From positions 1,312,001-1,376,000 of the forward strand of contig OZ224045.1 in NCBI GenBank assembly GCA_963665325.3: a stretch of DNA of 64,000 nt. The letters are read 5' to 3'. Positions 1 to 9,816 of this stretch are shown piece after piece (within the stretch, counting starts at the first letter, position 1; each line of letters starts with the position of its first letter). This DNA comes from Alphaproteobacteria bacterium. GTDB taxonomy: Bacteria > Pseudomonadota > Alphaproteobacteria > Bin95. The translations under genes were made by a program, and so were the position numbers. The notes beneath the pieces were generated by a model. That model did no database searches. It saw only the letters and a program-made list of their open reading frames with translations, and was not told the DNA's origin.

Positions 1-8
1 CCCCAAGT

Positions 9-356
9 GTGCGAATTGTTCAGCTAGAAGACATTTCACAACATTTTGAACATAACGAGCGAATTCTATTGTGCGCTGATTTTAATACATTTGCCCGGCC
101 CTGGTACAACTTTATACTAGGGTGGTTTTTCGGTTTTAAAGTTCATGACTTACGGACAAACGAAATCGCATCCTTGAAAACCTTTTCAGACAAACACGCC
201 ATGCATAGGGCATTTGTTAATGTCGTCACTTTTCCGCGATTCAGATTGCAACTTGATAATATGCTAGTCAGAGGACTCCACGTCACTATGAGCCGAGTAG
301 GGACTTACACCTACGGATCAGATCATCGGCCCCTAATTGCAACGTTCGATAGCTGA
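9..356 (+). CDS. Endonuclease/exonuclease/phosphatase (EEP) family protein, C-terminal part (probably 5'-truncated by the window edge)
   Basis: Motifs ILLCADFNT, QLDNMLV and GSDHRP are typical of the EEP fold; low GC. Confidence 0.75.
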   Translation: MRIVQLEDISQHFEHNERILLCADFNTFARPWYNFILGWFFGFKVHDLRTNEIASLKTFSDKHAMHRAFVNVVTFPRFRLQLDNMLVRGLHVTMSRVGTYTYGSDHRPLIATFDS

Positions 357-365
357 GGTGAACAT

Positions 366-1517
366 ATGATAACAACATGTCCTTCCTCTCATGATCGATT
401 AGTAATGGATCAAAAAGCACTATACTCTTTGTATTTATGTTTGTTCATAGTTGCCAGTCTGGGCCATAGTCTTGCTTACTTTGGTCCCTTTTCTAGCGAA
501 TTATGGTGGTACTTAGACGGCAACTACGCATGGGTATTGGGAATACAGCGTATAATGGTAGTTGCGCTCCTATCCATATTTGCGCTGAGGAATATGAGGT
601 TAATATCATCACAAGTTTCGTCAAATCGACTTCTGAATCTCTTTCCCAAGAGAAGGGCGGCCCGTATTTTATTCGTGTTATCGTTGATAGGTCTGCCAGT
701 ACTGGTTTATTTTCTCGGTCAAGGCGCTATTTCTTCTGCTGAAGACAAGGGCCGCGAGGTGGCGCCACAATCTGAGATCAAGGAGGTGTGGCTGCCATAT
801 ATCTGGTACTCTCTTTATGTGTATGCACTTTGGGGGGGAATGTTCATTTATTTCCTATACTGTGTAACAGTTAGCGGTATAAACGATATTAATTGGATTC
901 GAGCAAACGGCGCGCGCCTTGTTGATGAGATCGAGAAACAAACCGCAACGGCGCAGAAAATGTCAGCGGAGCTCGATAACGTTGAGATGCTCTTTCAGTC
1001 GCATGTGGAAGCCGTGCGCGATATCGGACAACGCAATGCAGTAGCGGTTTTAGTATTGGTTCTCGCGTTAATGCACGAGAGGTTGCTGGCCGAGTCGGTG
1101 ACATTAATTTCTCACGAGTTAGCAAAAAGCGCAATTTTGTGTATGATGCTGTTTACGGTTGTTGTCGTTGTTTTGGTATTGCGACCGTACGCTAAACTTT
1201 GGGAGAATGTTTCGTCGACTAGCATGATGTTGGCGGCGAAGACCTCAAGTTTGGGAGATACAAGGGGATATGGTCGTTGGATCAGTTTTTACCGGATTGT
1301 GAAGACGGAGAATAGTCCGGGAAGATTAGTGAGGGCGATACTCATGGGCGGAGGAGTTAGCATGTCACTTATTGTGAGCGTGGCCGGGTTCGCGTTTAAT
1401 GTTCTCGGTGGAAAAGGGGACGGGTTTATAGACGTGTCAAAGGCAATTATCCCAGAATGGCTGATTGAGAGTATTTGTAATTTGATCGTATTTCTGGGAA
1501 GTCAATCTCCCCATTGA
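366..1517 (+). CDS. Multi-pass membrane protein of unknown function
   Basis: 383-aa ORF with several hydrophobic segments; low GC; starts 9 bp after the EEP stop. Confidence 0.7.
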   Translation: MITTCPSSHDRLVMDQKALYSLYLCLFIVASLGHSLAYFGPFSSELWWYLDGNYAWVLGIQRIMVVALLSIFALRNMRLISSQVSSNRLLNLFPKRRAARILFVLSLIGLPVLVYFLGQGAISSAEDKGREVAPQSEIKEVWLPYIWYSLYVYALWGGMFIYFLYCVTVSGINDINWIRANGARLVDEIEKQTATAQKMSAELDNVEMLFQSHVEAVRDIGQRNAVAVLVLVLALMHERLLAESVTLISHELAKSAILCMMLFTVVVVVLVLRPYAKLWENVSSTSMMLAAKTSSLGDTRGYGRWISFYRIVKTENSPGRLVRAILMGGGVSMSLIVSVAGFAFNVLGGKGDGFIDVSKAIIPEWLIESICNLIVFLGSQSPH

Positions 1518-1742
1518 GGCCGTCTGTCTAGCAAAACGGGGTCTCGAAGCGAGTAACCCGCGTTTCGCCCATGGCGCCGCGCGCGCCAAGCCCTGGCCCT
1601 ATCGCGTCCTCATTGCCGGAATACTTTCACGGTTAAGCAGGTAACCGTTTGACGTATTCTTCGTTAGTACAGGACGAACTAAAAAGTAAGTGCGTGTCCT
1701 TAGCACGCCCAGGGGCACGGGCTCCAAGATTTGACGTAACGG

Positions 1743-2110
1743 GTGCGCAGGGTTGTGGCCCGCGCCGGGCGCGGCGAGGATCCCTGCAAGGCGCGGGAGG
1801 CGGTCCTGGCCACGCCGACGCTTGAGGACTTCTTCGAGGCCTACAGGTCCGCCGACGAGAGTCGGTCACCGCGAACCGTCGAGGCTTACCGCTACGAGAT
1901 GAAGCGCTATCTCGGCGATTGGCTGTCCAGGCCACTCGAGTCCATCGACGCCGAGGAAGTTCGGAATGGTTTCGAAAGATTCACCGACAATAACGGCTGG
2001 TCCGCCGCCAAACGGGCAATCTCGCTGCTGCGTTCCCTCTACTGCAAACCCTGCGCCGGCATCGAAACCCTGCACAACCCGGTCAGACACTGGCTCGCCG
2101 AGGGCGCCCA
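1743..2110 (+). pseudogene. Tyrosine integrase remnant (core-binding domain only)
   Basis: TPTLEDFFEAY...SPRTVEAYRYEMKRYLGDWLSRPLESIDAEEV...AAKRAISLLRSLY...NPV resembles an integrase N-terminal SAM-like domain; no catalytic domain follows. Confidence 0.65.
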
Positions 2111-2358
2111 GGATAGCGCCTGTGACAGGGAAGGACAGCGGCTGAAGGGGGGGGACGATTTTGCTTCTCCTGGAGCGGCCCCCGAACCGGCTGTCGGTGT
2201 CGTACACGTGCTCGCGGGAGGCTGCCCCCTTTCTCCCGTCCCGCTCGGCGGGAGGGCCTCTCAGCACTCCATTTGGCCCGGTTCCGCCCGAAACCGCGAT
2301 TGCCGGTGTCGCCGCGGGCGTTCGAGAGTTTCGGGAACCGCGCTATCGTCGGGGGAGA

Positions 2359-2756
2359 TCAACGCTCGAAGTGGTAGGCGATCTCGTCGAAGCGGTCGCG
2401 GGGAAAGGCGAACACGAACACGAGCGGCTCCGCCCCCGTGCAGCGCGGCGCATGCCGGACGTCGGGCGGGATGTAGACCGCACAGCCGGGCCCCACCGGC
2501 TGCGACCGGTCCCCGATGTCCACCTCGCCCCGGCCGCTGACGATGAAATAGATCTCGGCAGGCTCATGGCGGTGACCCGTCAGCTCCGCGCCCGGCGCCA
2601 CCTCGGCAATCCCGGTAGCAAGGCCCCGGGTCTCCGTCCGCTCGCCGGCGATCAGCACCTTCCAGCGGTCCCTTCTCCCGCGGCAAGGCTGGCGTCTTCG
2701 CCGCCTTCCCACTCGAGATCGGCCTGGTCGACAATCGCAGGTCTCGGTGCGAACAA
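2359..2756 (-). pseudogene. Cupin of the DMSP lyase DddK/DddW type, frameshifted near 2669
   Basis: RWKVLIAGERTETRGLATGIAEVAPGAELTGHRHEPAEIY...YIPPDVRH...FPRDRFDEIAYHF; the plausible N-terminus (PAIVDQADLEWEGGEDAS) is in another frame. Confidence 0.65.
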
Positions 2757-3118
2757 GGAAAAACCCGTCGACCCGCCGCCGGGCCAGCGGACCTCTAGGT
2801 CCGGTTCGTCATGCACGATCGCGCAAGCATCCATGGGGTCAGGCCTCGGTTCGCACGAGTGCGCCGTTGTCGGGACGAAGGGGCGGCACGACCGGGACAT
2901 GACAGGCTGAAGGGCGACAGGAACCGACGAGCAGCGACATGACGACCCCATCTCCCGGAACAGCTCAGTCGCCTGCTATCGGCGCCGTGTGTCTGTGCCG
3001 GGAAGAGAATCGCCCGTGACAGAGGACCGACACTTGTCGCGATGCGACCGGCAACAAGCCCGGATGCGACCTTCGGACAAGAAAACGCCAACGGGAGCGG
3101 GAAGCCGACCTTGTCGGG

Positions 3119-3493
3119 CTATGGCGCCCGCCCTGTTTCGGTCAGCGGAAAGGGCTCCTCCGGGAGATGGGACGGCGTGCCGGCGGGCAGGCCCGCATAC
3201 CGGTACCAGGTCTGGTCCACCGAATTGTGCCAGCGCTCCAGGCGCCGGAGAATGAGCGCGACGAGTTCGCCGCCCCTTTCCGCGCAATCCGCCGCGGGGC
3301 AGAAGGCGACGAGCCTCCGGGGATAGTGCCGTTCGAAACAGATCCGGCCGTCATGGACCTCGACCCTCATCCAGCCGGGTTCCCCGAAGCAGGTTCGCCC
3401 GCACAGCGAGCATGACATCGCGCCGGAGACGGTCTGGCGCCCGACCAGGGCCTCGACCTCGTGAATGCCGCTCGGGCTCCGGAGCGCGGTCAC
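3119..3493 (-). CDS. Small Cys-rich hypothetical protein
   Basis: CSLC and CPAADC motifs; linked to the AAA gene through a 19-codon ORF (3490-3549) with TGATG and GTGA overlaps. Confidence 0.45.
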   Translation of the reverse strand: MTALRSPSGIHEVEALVGRQTVSGAMSCSLCGRTCFGEPGWMRVEVHDGRICFERHYPRRLVAFCPAADCAERGGELVALILRRLERWHNSVDQTWYRYAGLPAGTPSHLPEEPFPLTETGRAP

Positions 3494-3548
3494 GCGGCGG
3501 TCCCCGTGAACGCGTTTCCCGGCTCGCCCGGAATGTCGGCCCTCGCCA

Positions 3549-4760
3549 TCAGTGCATCACCGGGCGGCTGGCCAGGTCCTGCGCCCGCTCCAGCATCCGG
3601 TTGACATCGCGCAGGGAGAGCCGACGCGGCAGCAGGGCGGGCGCCCGATCGAGGGCCTCGACCACCGCATCCACCGCCGCATCCGGAAGCTCCATCGCGG
3701 CACCCCGGCGGCGCGCGAAGCCCTGCAGCTGGTCCGGCGTCACGTCCGGGATGTGCAGCACCCGGCAGCGGCTCACCAGCGGCTCCGGCAGGGTGTCGAG
3801 CGTATTGGCGGTCATGACCCAGCTGAGATGGCTCATATCCACCCGGACCCGGAAATACGGGCAGTCCCAGGCCCGCGAACTCTCCGGCTCCAGCAACCCC
3901 AGCATGGCCGGCAGGAACGCCGCCGAGGTCCCGCGCGTGGTCGTCGGGCTGCTCGCCTTGCAGATCTCGTCGACGATGACGACGGGGTTCGCCATCCGCG
4001 CCTCGATCATGGTCTCGAGCGGCCGGCCGGGCTGCTGGGTCGCCCAGCCCTTCTCGGTGCCGACCAGCGAGAAGCTGGCGAGCCCCTTCGAGGTGTCGAT
4101 CATGCAGGCGGGCAGGTCCAGGCACGCGGCGAGCCGACGGGCCCAGGCCGTCTTGCCGACGCCCGGAGGCCCGACCAGGAGGAGCGGCCCGATCCGGACC
4201 GGCGTCCCCTCGCGGGCGCTGCGCCGGAGCGCGTCCCAGGCCGCCTTCGTCGCCGGGGCCATCCAGGGCATCTCCTCATGCAGGGAGGCTGCGATCTCGT
4301 CGGCCCGGTGCTCCGAGGAGACCGTCACCGCCGGCACATCGCCCAGGAGAGGGCGCAGGCGCTCCTTCTCCCCCTTGTCCTTCAGATGTCCCAGGCCGCT
4401 CGCCCTGTGCCGGCGCTCGACCACGGCGTCCACCCGGCGCTTGAGGCGGGCCTGAGCGAGCGCGGGAAGCCCGAAACTCGACAGGCCGACCTCCTCGCGC
4501 AATTCCCAAAAGTCCCCCCGCCGATAAGGCGGCGCCGGCGCAGGAGCGGACTCTTGCTCCCGTTCCCGCAGATCGCCGAAATACGCCAACAGCAGGCGCC
4601 GTTTGCGCAGCCCGGTCAGGAACGCCGTCAGGCGCTTCTCAATCGGGGCGCGGGCGGTGTCGATGACCGGGAGGTCGATCAGCCGGACGGTATGTAGCGG
4701 GGCCGGACTCCCTCCGGCCGGGCGCCGAAGAGCGCCTTCAGGATCGTGGCGGGCTTGCAC
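3549..4760 (-). CDS. Lon-like AAA+ ATPase lacking the protease domain
   Basis: Walker A GPPGVGKT, NPVVIVDEICK Walker B, LLEPESSRAWDCPYFRVRVDMSHLSWVMTAN, PLVSRC; start uncertain. Confidence 0.85.
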   Translation of the reverse strand: MQARHDPEGALRRPAGGSPAPLHTVRLIDLPVIDTARAPIEKRLTAFLTGLRKRRLLLAYFGDLREREQESAPAPAPPYRRGDFWELREEVGLSSFGLPALAQARLKRRVDAVVERRHRASGLGHLKDKGEKERLRPLLGDVPAVTVSSEHRADEIAASLHEEMPWMAPATKAAWDALRRSAREGTPVRIGPLLLVGPPGVGKTAWARRLAACLDLPACMIDTSKGLASFSLVGTEKGWATQQPGRPLETMIEARMANPVVIVDEICKASSPTTTRGTSAAFLPAMLGLLEPESSRAWDCPYFRVRVDMSHLSWVMTANTLDTLPEPLVSRCRVLHIPDVTPDQLQGFARRRGAAMELPDAAVDAVVEALDRAPALLPRRLSLRDVNRMLERAQDLASRPVMH

Positions 4761-5214
4761 AAGGGTTCCCGGCTGTTGGACCGGGCTCCACTCCGTCGGG
4801 GTCTGTCACACCTCGTCCGGAGCCGTTCTACATCATCGAAGGGCGGACGGCCTCCCGGGCACTCCCGCCCCCCGGACCGTCATCAGCTGACCTTGATTTC
4901 CGGCGCGCAACCTATGCCAAACCGATTGTCGTGACAATCGGCAATTCAGGCTGCAGGCCAATCTCCGGATTGACTGCAAGCGCTCCGGAGAGCCGAAATC
5001 CGACAACCCCGGGATCCCTGCCCGTAACAGACCCGAACGATGACGCCCGCGCCAGACCCCCCGGGGCGCAATCGCTGAGGTCCAGTCACGATACAGGATT
5101 TTTATTCTATTTGTATTCATGCAGATTTCGCCAATGACACAGCCAGTGAAAGTGCGGCTGGAATCGGGCCTTCGGGGTGCCCATACTTTCGGCTTCATTG
5201 TCGAATCGTGTCCC

Positions 5215-5245
5215 AATATCATGTTGATATTATGTAATAATATCA
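5215..5245. promoter_or_regulatory. Overlapping AT-rich palindromes in the divergent AAA / transposase-like intergenic region
   Basis: AATATCA-tgt-TGATATT (5215-5231) and TGATATTAT-gta-ATAATATCA (5225-5245), both with perfect arms. Confidence 0.6.
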
Positions 5246-5310
5246 GAAAAAGGACTTTACAGGAGGCCCCTCCGGCGTTACAATAGGGAGCTCTTCGAGG
5301 AGGAAGAGCC

Positions 5311-7212
5311 ATGGCTATGACGCCCCGCACGCTCCGGGTCCCCGAGACCGCCAATGCCCGGATTCTCGGCGATATGTTCCCGATACAGACCAATCACTGC
5401 CGCACGCCGGGCTGCGCCAATTTCGGCGTGCCGGCCCGCACCAGGCCCGGCAAGAGGGGTCCGAGCAGGGATCGCGATCCCCATTACGCGCTGATCTCGA
5501 CCTCGAAGGGCCAGGAGCCGGCTCTCAGGTGCAAGGCGTGCAACGGCAAGGGCGCCATCCGCTCGAACGCCGCCATCGCCGAGGAGGTCGAGCGCATCGC
5601 CGATTATGCCCGGCCGCTGGAATACCGCTTCGCCTGCAAGACCCCGGGTTGTCCCAATGAGGGGCGCTCCGTCGGCGAGCATCGCCAGCTCTATACGAAG
5701 TACGGCTACTACAAGACACCCGAGAACCCGATCTACCGGTGCAAGAGCTGCCTGCGCAACGTGCTCGTCTCGCACAAGGCTCCCAGGATCCACGCCAGGA
5801 ACCAGTCGCTCGCCGCCGACGTGTTCTCGCGCATTGCCAACAAGTCGCCCATGCGCCGCACGGTGGAAGGCGCCGGGCTCAGGAGCCATGCCGACTACTA
5901 CACCATCCTCGATTTCATTCATCGCCGCTGCTGCGATCTGAACAGCGCTGTCACGCGCTCCTTCCTGACCGGCGCGCGCCGCCTGCCGGCCGGGATGAAC
6001 ATCGCCATCGACTCGCAGTCGCTCATGGTCAACTGGCCGAGCAGGGCCCAGCGCCGCACGGTCGAGATGACCTCCTGCTGCAGCGTCGATGCCGCTTCGC
6101 GCTTCATCCTTGAGCTGGACGTCAATCACGATCCGCGGTTCGACCCGTTCGACGTCAACTACGAGTCCGCCGAGTTGGGCGACATGACCCGCAAGGAGGC
6201 GTTCCGCAAATATGCCCGCTTCTGGCTCGCCGGCGACGAGATGCGCAGCAGGAGGACCGGCCAGAGGCGGATGGGCCGCGAGGCCGCCGAGCAGGCCGTC
6301 GGAGACATCCAGGACGCCTTCCGGGCCGCCAATGCCTATGAGGACGTGGCGGAGATGGAGATCGTGCCGGGGCAGGGGCCCCTGCGCGACCACATGCTGC
6401 GCTCCGGCATGCTGGTGAAGACCGGCTACCGGACGCTCGGCCACATGTTCGTGCTGCGGGAGATCCTGAAGGGCGCCGGCGTGGAGCGGCTCCAGCTCTG
6501 CATGGACCAGCATCTCTCGACGATCTCGTCCTTCATGTGCGCCTTCCAGGAGCAGATCGCAGAAGGCGCCGCGCACGGCTTCCTGGTGCGCTTTGACAAG
6601 AACTGCGCGGTCGACGAGCGCGACCGGCTCTACGACGAGGCCATGCGGCAGCTGCGGGCCTTCGCCCGGGCGCGGGCCCTGGAGGGCATGGACAGGGAGG
6701 AACTCGGCCTCGAGATGATCCGGACCGCCTTGCGGGCCGGCGGCCTGCCCGAGCATGGCTGGCTGCGCCATCCGGTGCCGACGAAACAGGAGCCCGGCAA
6801 GCAAGTCCGCTGGATCACCGAGAATGCGGACACGGAACTGGACCCCCGCCTTCGCGAGGGCAGGCTGGCCCGGCTCTATCTCGGCGCCTCGCTCGGCCGG
6901 GTCGACAATGTCTTCGAACTGACCCGGCGGTTCCTCTCACCCCTGGAGCGGCCCTTCTACACGCCGAGCGGCGGCTGGAACCAGGTCTGGTACGGCTATG
7001 CGCCCTACAACCCTGACATGGTGCGGAAATATCTCGACATCTTCCGGGTGGTGAACAACTTCATCCACACCGGCAAGACGGACAGGGCCACGCCCGCCAT
7101 GCGGCTCGGCTTCGCCGACCGTCCGCTCACCTATGCCGACGTGCTGTGGCCGGGCGAGAAGATCCCCAGGCCGAAACGCACGCGTCGCAAGGGGCGCGGG
7201 TTGAAGGCCTGA
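5311..7212 (+). CDS. Large zinc-finger IS1-like DDE transposase-related protein (copy A)
   Basis: RBS GAGGAGGAAG; CRTPGCANFG, CKAC, CKTPGCPN and CKSC zinc motifs; acidic motifs IAIDSQ, LCMDQH, RVDNVF; C-terminal NFIH...TPAMRLG tail typical of IS1-type InsB. Confidence 0.7.
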   Translation: MAMTPRTLRVPETANARILGDMFPIQTNHCRTPGCANFGVPARTRPGKRGPSRDRDPHYALISTSKGQEPALRCKACNGKGAIRSNAAIAEEVERIADYARPLEYRFACKTPGCPNEGRSVGEHRQLYTKYGYYKTPENPIYRCKSCLRNVLVSHKAPRIHARNQSLAADVFSRIANKSPMRRTVEGAGLRSHADYYTILDFIHRRCCDLNSAVTRSFLTGARRLPAGMNIAIDSQSLMVNWPSRAQRRTVEMTSCCSVDAASRFILELDVNHDPRFDPFDVNYESAELGDMTRKEAFRKYARFWLAGDEMRSRRTGQRRMGREAAEQAVGDIQDAFRAANAYEDVAEMEIVPGQGPLRDHMLRSGMLVKTGYRTLGHMFVLREILKGAGVERLQLCMDQHLSTISSFMCAFQEQIAEGAAHGFLVRFDKNCAVDERDRLYDEAMRQLRAFARARALEGMDREELGLEMIRTALRAGGLPEHGWLRHPVPTKQEPGKQVRWITENADTELDPRLREGRLARLYLGASLGRVDNVFELTRRFLSPLERPFYTPSGGWNQVWYGYAPYNPDMVRKYLDIFRVVNNFIHTGKTDRATPAMRLGFADRPLTYADVLWPGEKIPRPKRTRRKGRGLKA

Positions 7213-7307
7213 GCGCAATCGGGCGCGCCGTTCCGCGGCCAGCGCCAAGCGCTGGTTGCACACCTAGAACAGAGCACGGCCACGCCCGGAAGCACTACCC
7301 TTTTGTG

Positions 7308-9809
7308 TCATACTCGTGGTGCCACACGGGCCGCAACTCGTATGTCTTCCATTTGCACACCGAGGCCTATAAGCGTTTGTCTCAACTCATCAAAAACCGG
7401 CTGTTCGCCCCTCGGATCAGATATGGTCAAAATCGCCGTAAACGGAATCCCGTGCTCCGGCACCTGTTCGTTCGAACGAGTCAAATAGTCCACAAACAAT
7501 CGCCAATTCGATGATCTTCCCACTCCGACAGGCATACTACGTTCATACACCTTTACGGGACTCCACTTCAATCCATGTTGAATTCGTTCCGCCTCAATAA
7601 TTCTCTGATCTCCTCCCTCCGGAAGATATACAGGCCGCAATTGCCTTTCCCATCCCCCCATTAGATTTTGTTGCTGTAACGCCGCATCTACATTTACGCG
7701 CACAAATTCCGACCCGAAATTGCCATCCAGGGGAGGACTGGCAACCAAGGTGAGGCGAGAGCGTCCCCTGCAATTTCCCTTTTCTCCTACTAGCGAGGGT
7801 GGCCAGGAAAACTGAAACGATATCTGCTGATCCCTCCTTATGCGCGATGCAAATACCAAGGTGATTGAATGGTCATCCGTTTCCAGTATCCGCTCAGCGG
7901 ACTCGGGTACTCCAAACCCTACCAACTGTCGAGCCACCTGCATGAGTGATTTCGATTGTAGCGGTTTAGGCACTTGTGCGTGGTGCAATAGCAATGCAAT
8001 GAGCGTTTCCCGAGAAACATCACCCTCAATTGCGTGCTCCAACGAAGCGGCAATCTTGGCTATCACCGGGGTTGCGTAGCTCGTTCCGCATCCGCTAACG
8101 ACTACTCCATCCGGCCTGACCGAAAACAGGCCATGCTCTGTTGGGTTGCCCTCTGGCGAACCCGACCCACCAACATGTGCCAAATCCGGTTTCACGCCAG
8201 TGCGCAAACCCGGTCCCCGCCGGCTGAACCGCGCCGGCGCGAATGGCACAGACGTACCGACCCCAGGCGGATTGACGGCCGCTACCGCTACGTTTCGAAC
8301 ACTCTCTGCCGGCGTCAGCAACCGATCCTCCGTTGCCGCCGCAAGTTGTGCCAGCGCTCGTGCGTCATCGCTCGGCCACTCGGGCCTCTGATCCCTCGGC
8401 TCCACATTGCCGACTGATACCAGGACAATGGCGTCCTGATCCTCAACAATTCTATCCAACCGCAGCGCATGGGGGTCATATCGGTCGAGTGAAGCCGGTC
8501 TCTTGATATTCAAGCTCATATTGTAGACACGCACACCGTGTCTCGACCGCGCCTCACCAATGGCTGTTTCCACCTCGTCGAAAAACTGCAAGACACCGTG
8601 CGGATAGTATGACGAAAACGCCTCCGTATCGTCCTCTCGCGGAAATACGGCTATATCCACAAGCTCGGCACCGTCCTCTTCCGGACAGCATTCCTCCCCG
8701 TTCAACGCCCTTCCCATCACCGCCAACCCGCCTATGAACGTGCCATGGTCATGGCTCGCATGTTCGCTCGCCAGGATATTCCATCGATCGATTACCCAAT
8801 CAGACAGAACCTCCCCCAAGCCTCCATCAATAATCCCTATCTTGGGGTAAGAGCGGCTTGTTTGTCTGTGTGGCACTGGAGCCACCGACCCGACGTCTTC
8901 CGTAATGCCGATACTCGGGCGCACCACTATGGCCGGTAACGATATTCGCCTTACAAGCGGATGCGCTTCCAGAAAGGTCAAGAGCCGAAGATGTTTTTCT
9001 TCGGAGGAATCAAACGGGACAACACTTCCCGTCCGCTCAGAGACGGTCGGCGAACCAAGCAGCATGGCCGTACTGTCGCTGGAACGAGAAATGTGCATTG
9101 CTACTGCTGCACGGTCCATATTTCGGGTCCCCAGGCGCCTGACCGACAATCCTCCCGCAATACCCTCGAGACCTGCAATAAACGACTCAAAAAGCCGGGT
9201 GTGGCTTCCGTCTAGCCCATTGACCACTCCCTTCGTTGGCGGCATCTCAAATAACTCGACTTCATAGCTGCTGCCGGTGATAGGGTTCGAGAGCCAAGCG
9301 ATGGCGCTCTCCAAAGAAAATTCCCGTCGATCATCTCTACCAAACAGCTCGATGCGTTCTATCGCACCGGCTTCGCTTCTCCGCGCCGAAGGGTACGGAA
9401 CATCTTTTTGTTTATTCGGATCGAAGCGCCACGCCAATATATCTTCCGCCTTAGTAATTTCATTCACAACCTCATGAATCGCTTCCGGCTTCACCTTGAA
9501 AATCATTACGCCGAGATCTTCACCCCCCACCAGCGCGGCGCGGTTGGAACGGAACAATGCACTCACTGGCCGATGGCTTTTGGCCCAGGCTGAGCGACGC
9601 AAAGTGACCTTTATGTATCCGATGTCACTGTAAGGAGATTTGGCGAGAGCATCAGCTATTGAACCAAGCTCAGCAATAAGTTTCGCCTTGTGCCGACTAA
9701 ACTCGTCATTTGCTCCTACGAAAAATTCCTTCTTCGGTCCTCCACCGGATTTTTCCCGGTTTTGTTCGAAGTTTTCGGGATTAAGAATTACTTGTATCGG
9801 ACCAGCCAT
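7308..9809 (-). CDS. ietS: S8 subtilisin-like serine protease, IetS-like
   Basis: Catalytic triad IGIIDGG / HGTFIGG / GTSYATP, LLTPAES, VKPDL; directly downstream of an AAA ATPase; lower GC. Confidence 0.85.
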   Translation of the reverse strand: MAGPIQVILNPENFEQNREKSGGGPKKEFFVGANDEFSRHKAKLIAELGSIADALAKSPYSDIGYIKVTLRRSAWAKSHRPVSALFRSNRAALVGGEDLGVMIFKVKPEAIHEVVNEITKAEDILAWRFDPNKQKDVPYPSARRSEAGAIERIELFGRDDRREFSLESAIAWLSNPITGSSYEVELFEMPPTKGVVNGLDGSHTRLFESFIAGLEGIAGGLSVRRLGTRNMDRAAVAMHISRSSDSTAMLLGSPTVSERTGSVVPFDSSEEKHLRLLTFLEAHPLVRRISLPAIVVRPSIGITEDVGSVAPVPHRQTSRSYPKIGIIDGGLGEVLSDWVIDRWNILASEHASHDHGTFIGGLAVMGRALNGEECCPEEDGAELVDIAVFPREDDTEAFSSYYPHGVLQFFDEVETAIGEARSRHGVRVYNMSLNIKRPASLDRYDPHALRLDRIVEDQDAIVLVSVGNVEPRDQRPEWPSDDARALAQLAAATEDRLLTPAESVRNVAVAAVNPPGVGTSVPFAPARFSRRGPGLRTGVKPDLAHVGGSGSPEGNPTEHGLFSVRPDGVVVSGCGTSYATPVIAKIAASLEHAIEGDVSRETLIALLLHHAQVPKPLQSKSLMQVARQLVGFGVPESAERILETDDHSITLVFASRIRRDQQISFQFSWPPSLVGEKGNCRGRSRLTLVASPPLDGNFGSEFVRVNVDAALQQQNLMGGWERQLRPVYLPEGGDQRIIEAERIQHGLKWSPVKVYERSMPVGVGRSSNWRLFVDYLTRSNEQVPEHGIPFTAILTISDPRGEQPVFDELRQTLIGLGVQMEDIRVAARVAPRV

Positions 9810-9816
9810 GGCTTAG

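Noticed and set aside
5212-5240. dif/Xer site
   Set aside because: TTATGTAATAA only loosely resembles the XerD arm, and the XerC arm and spacer do not fit
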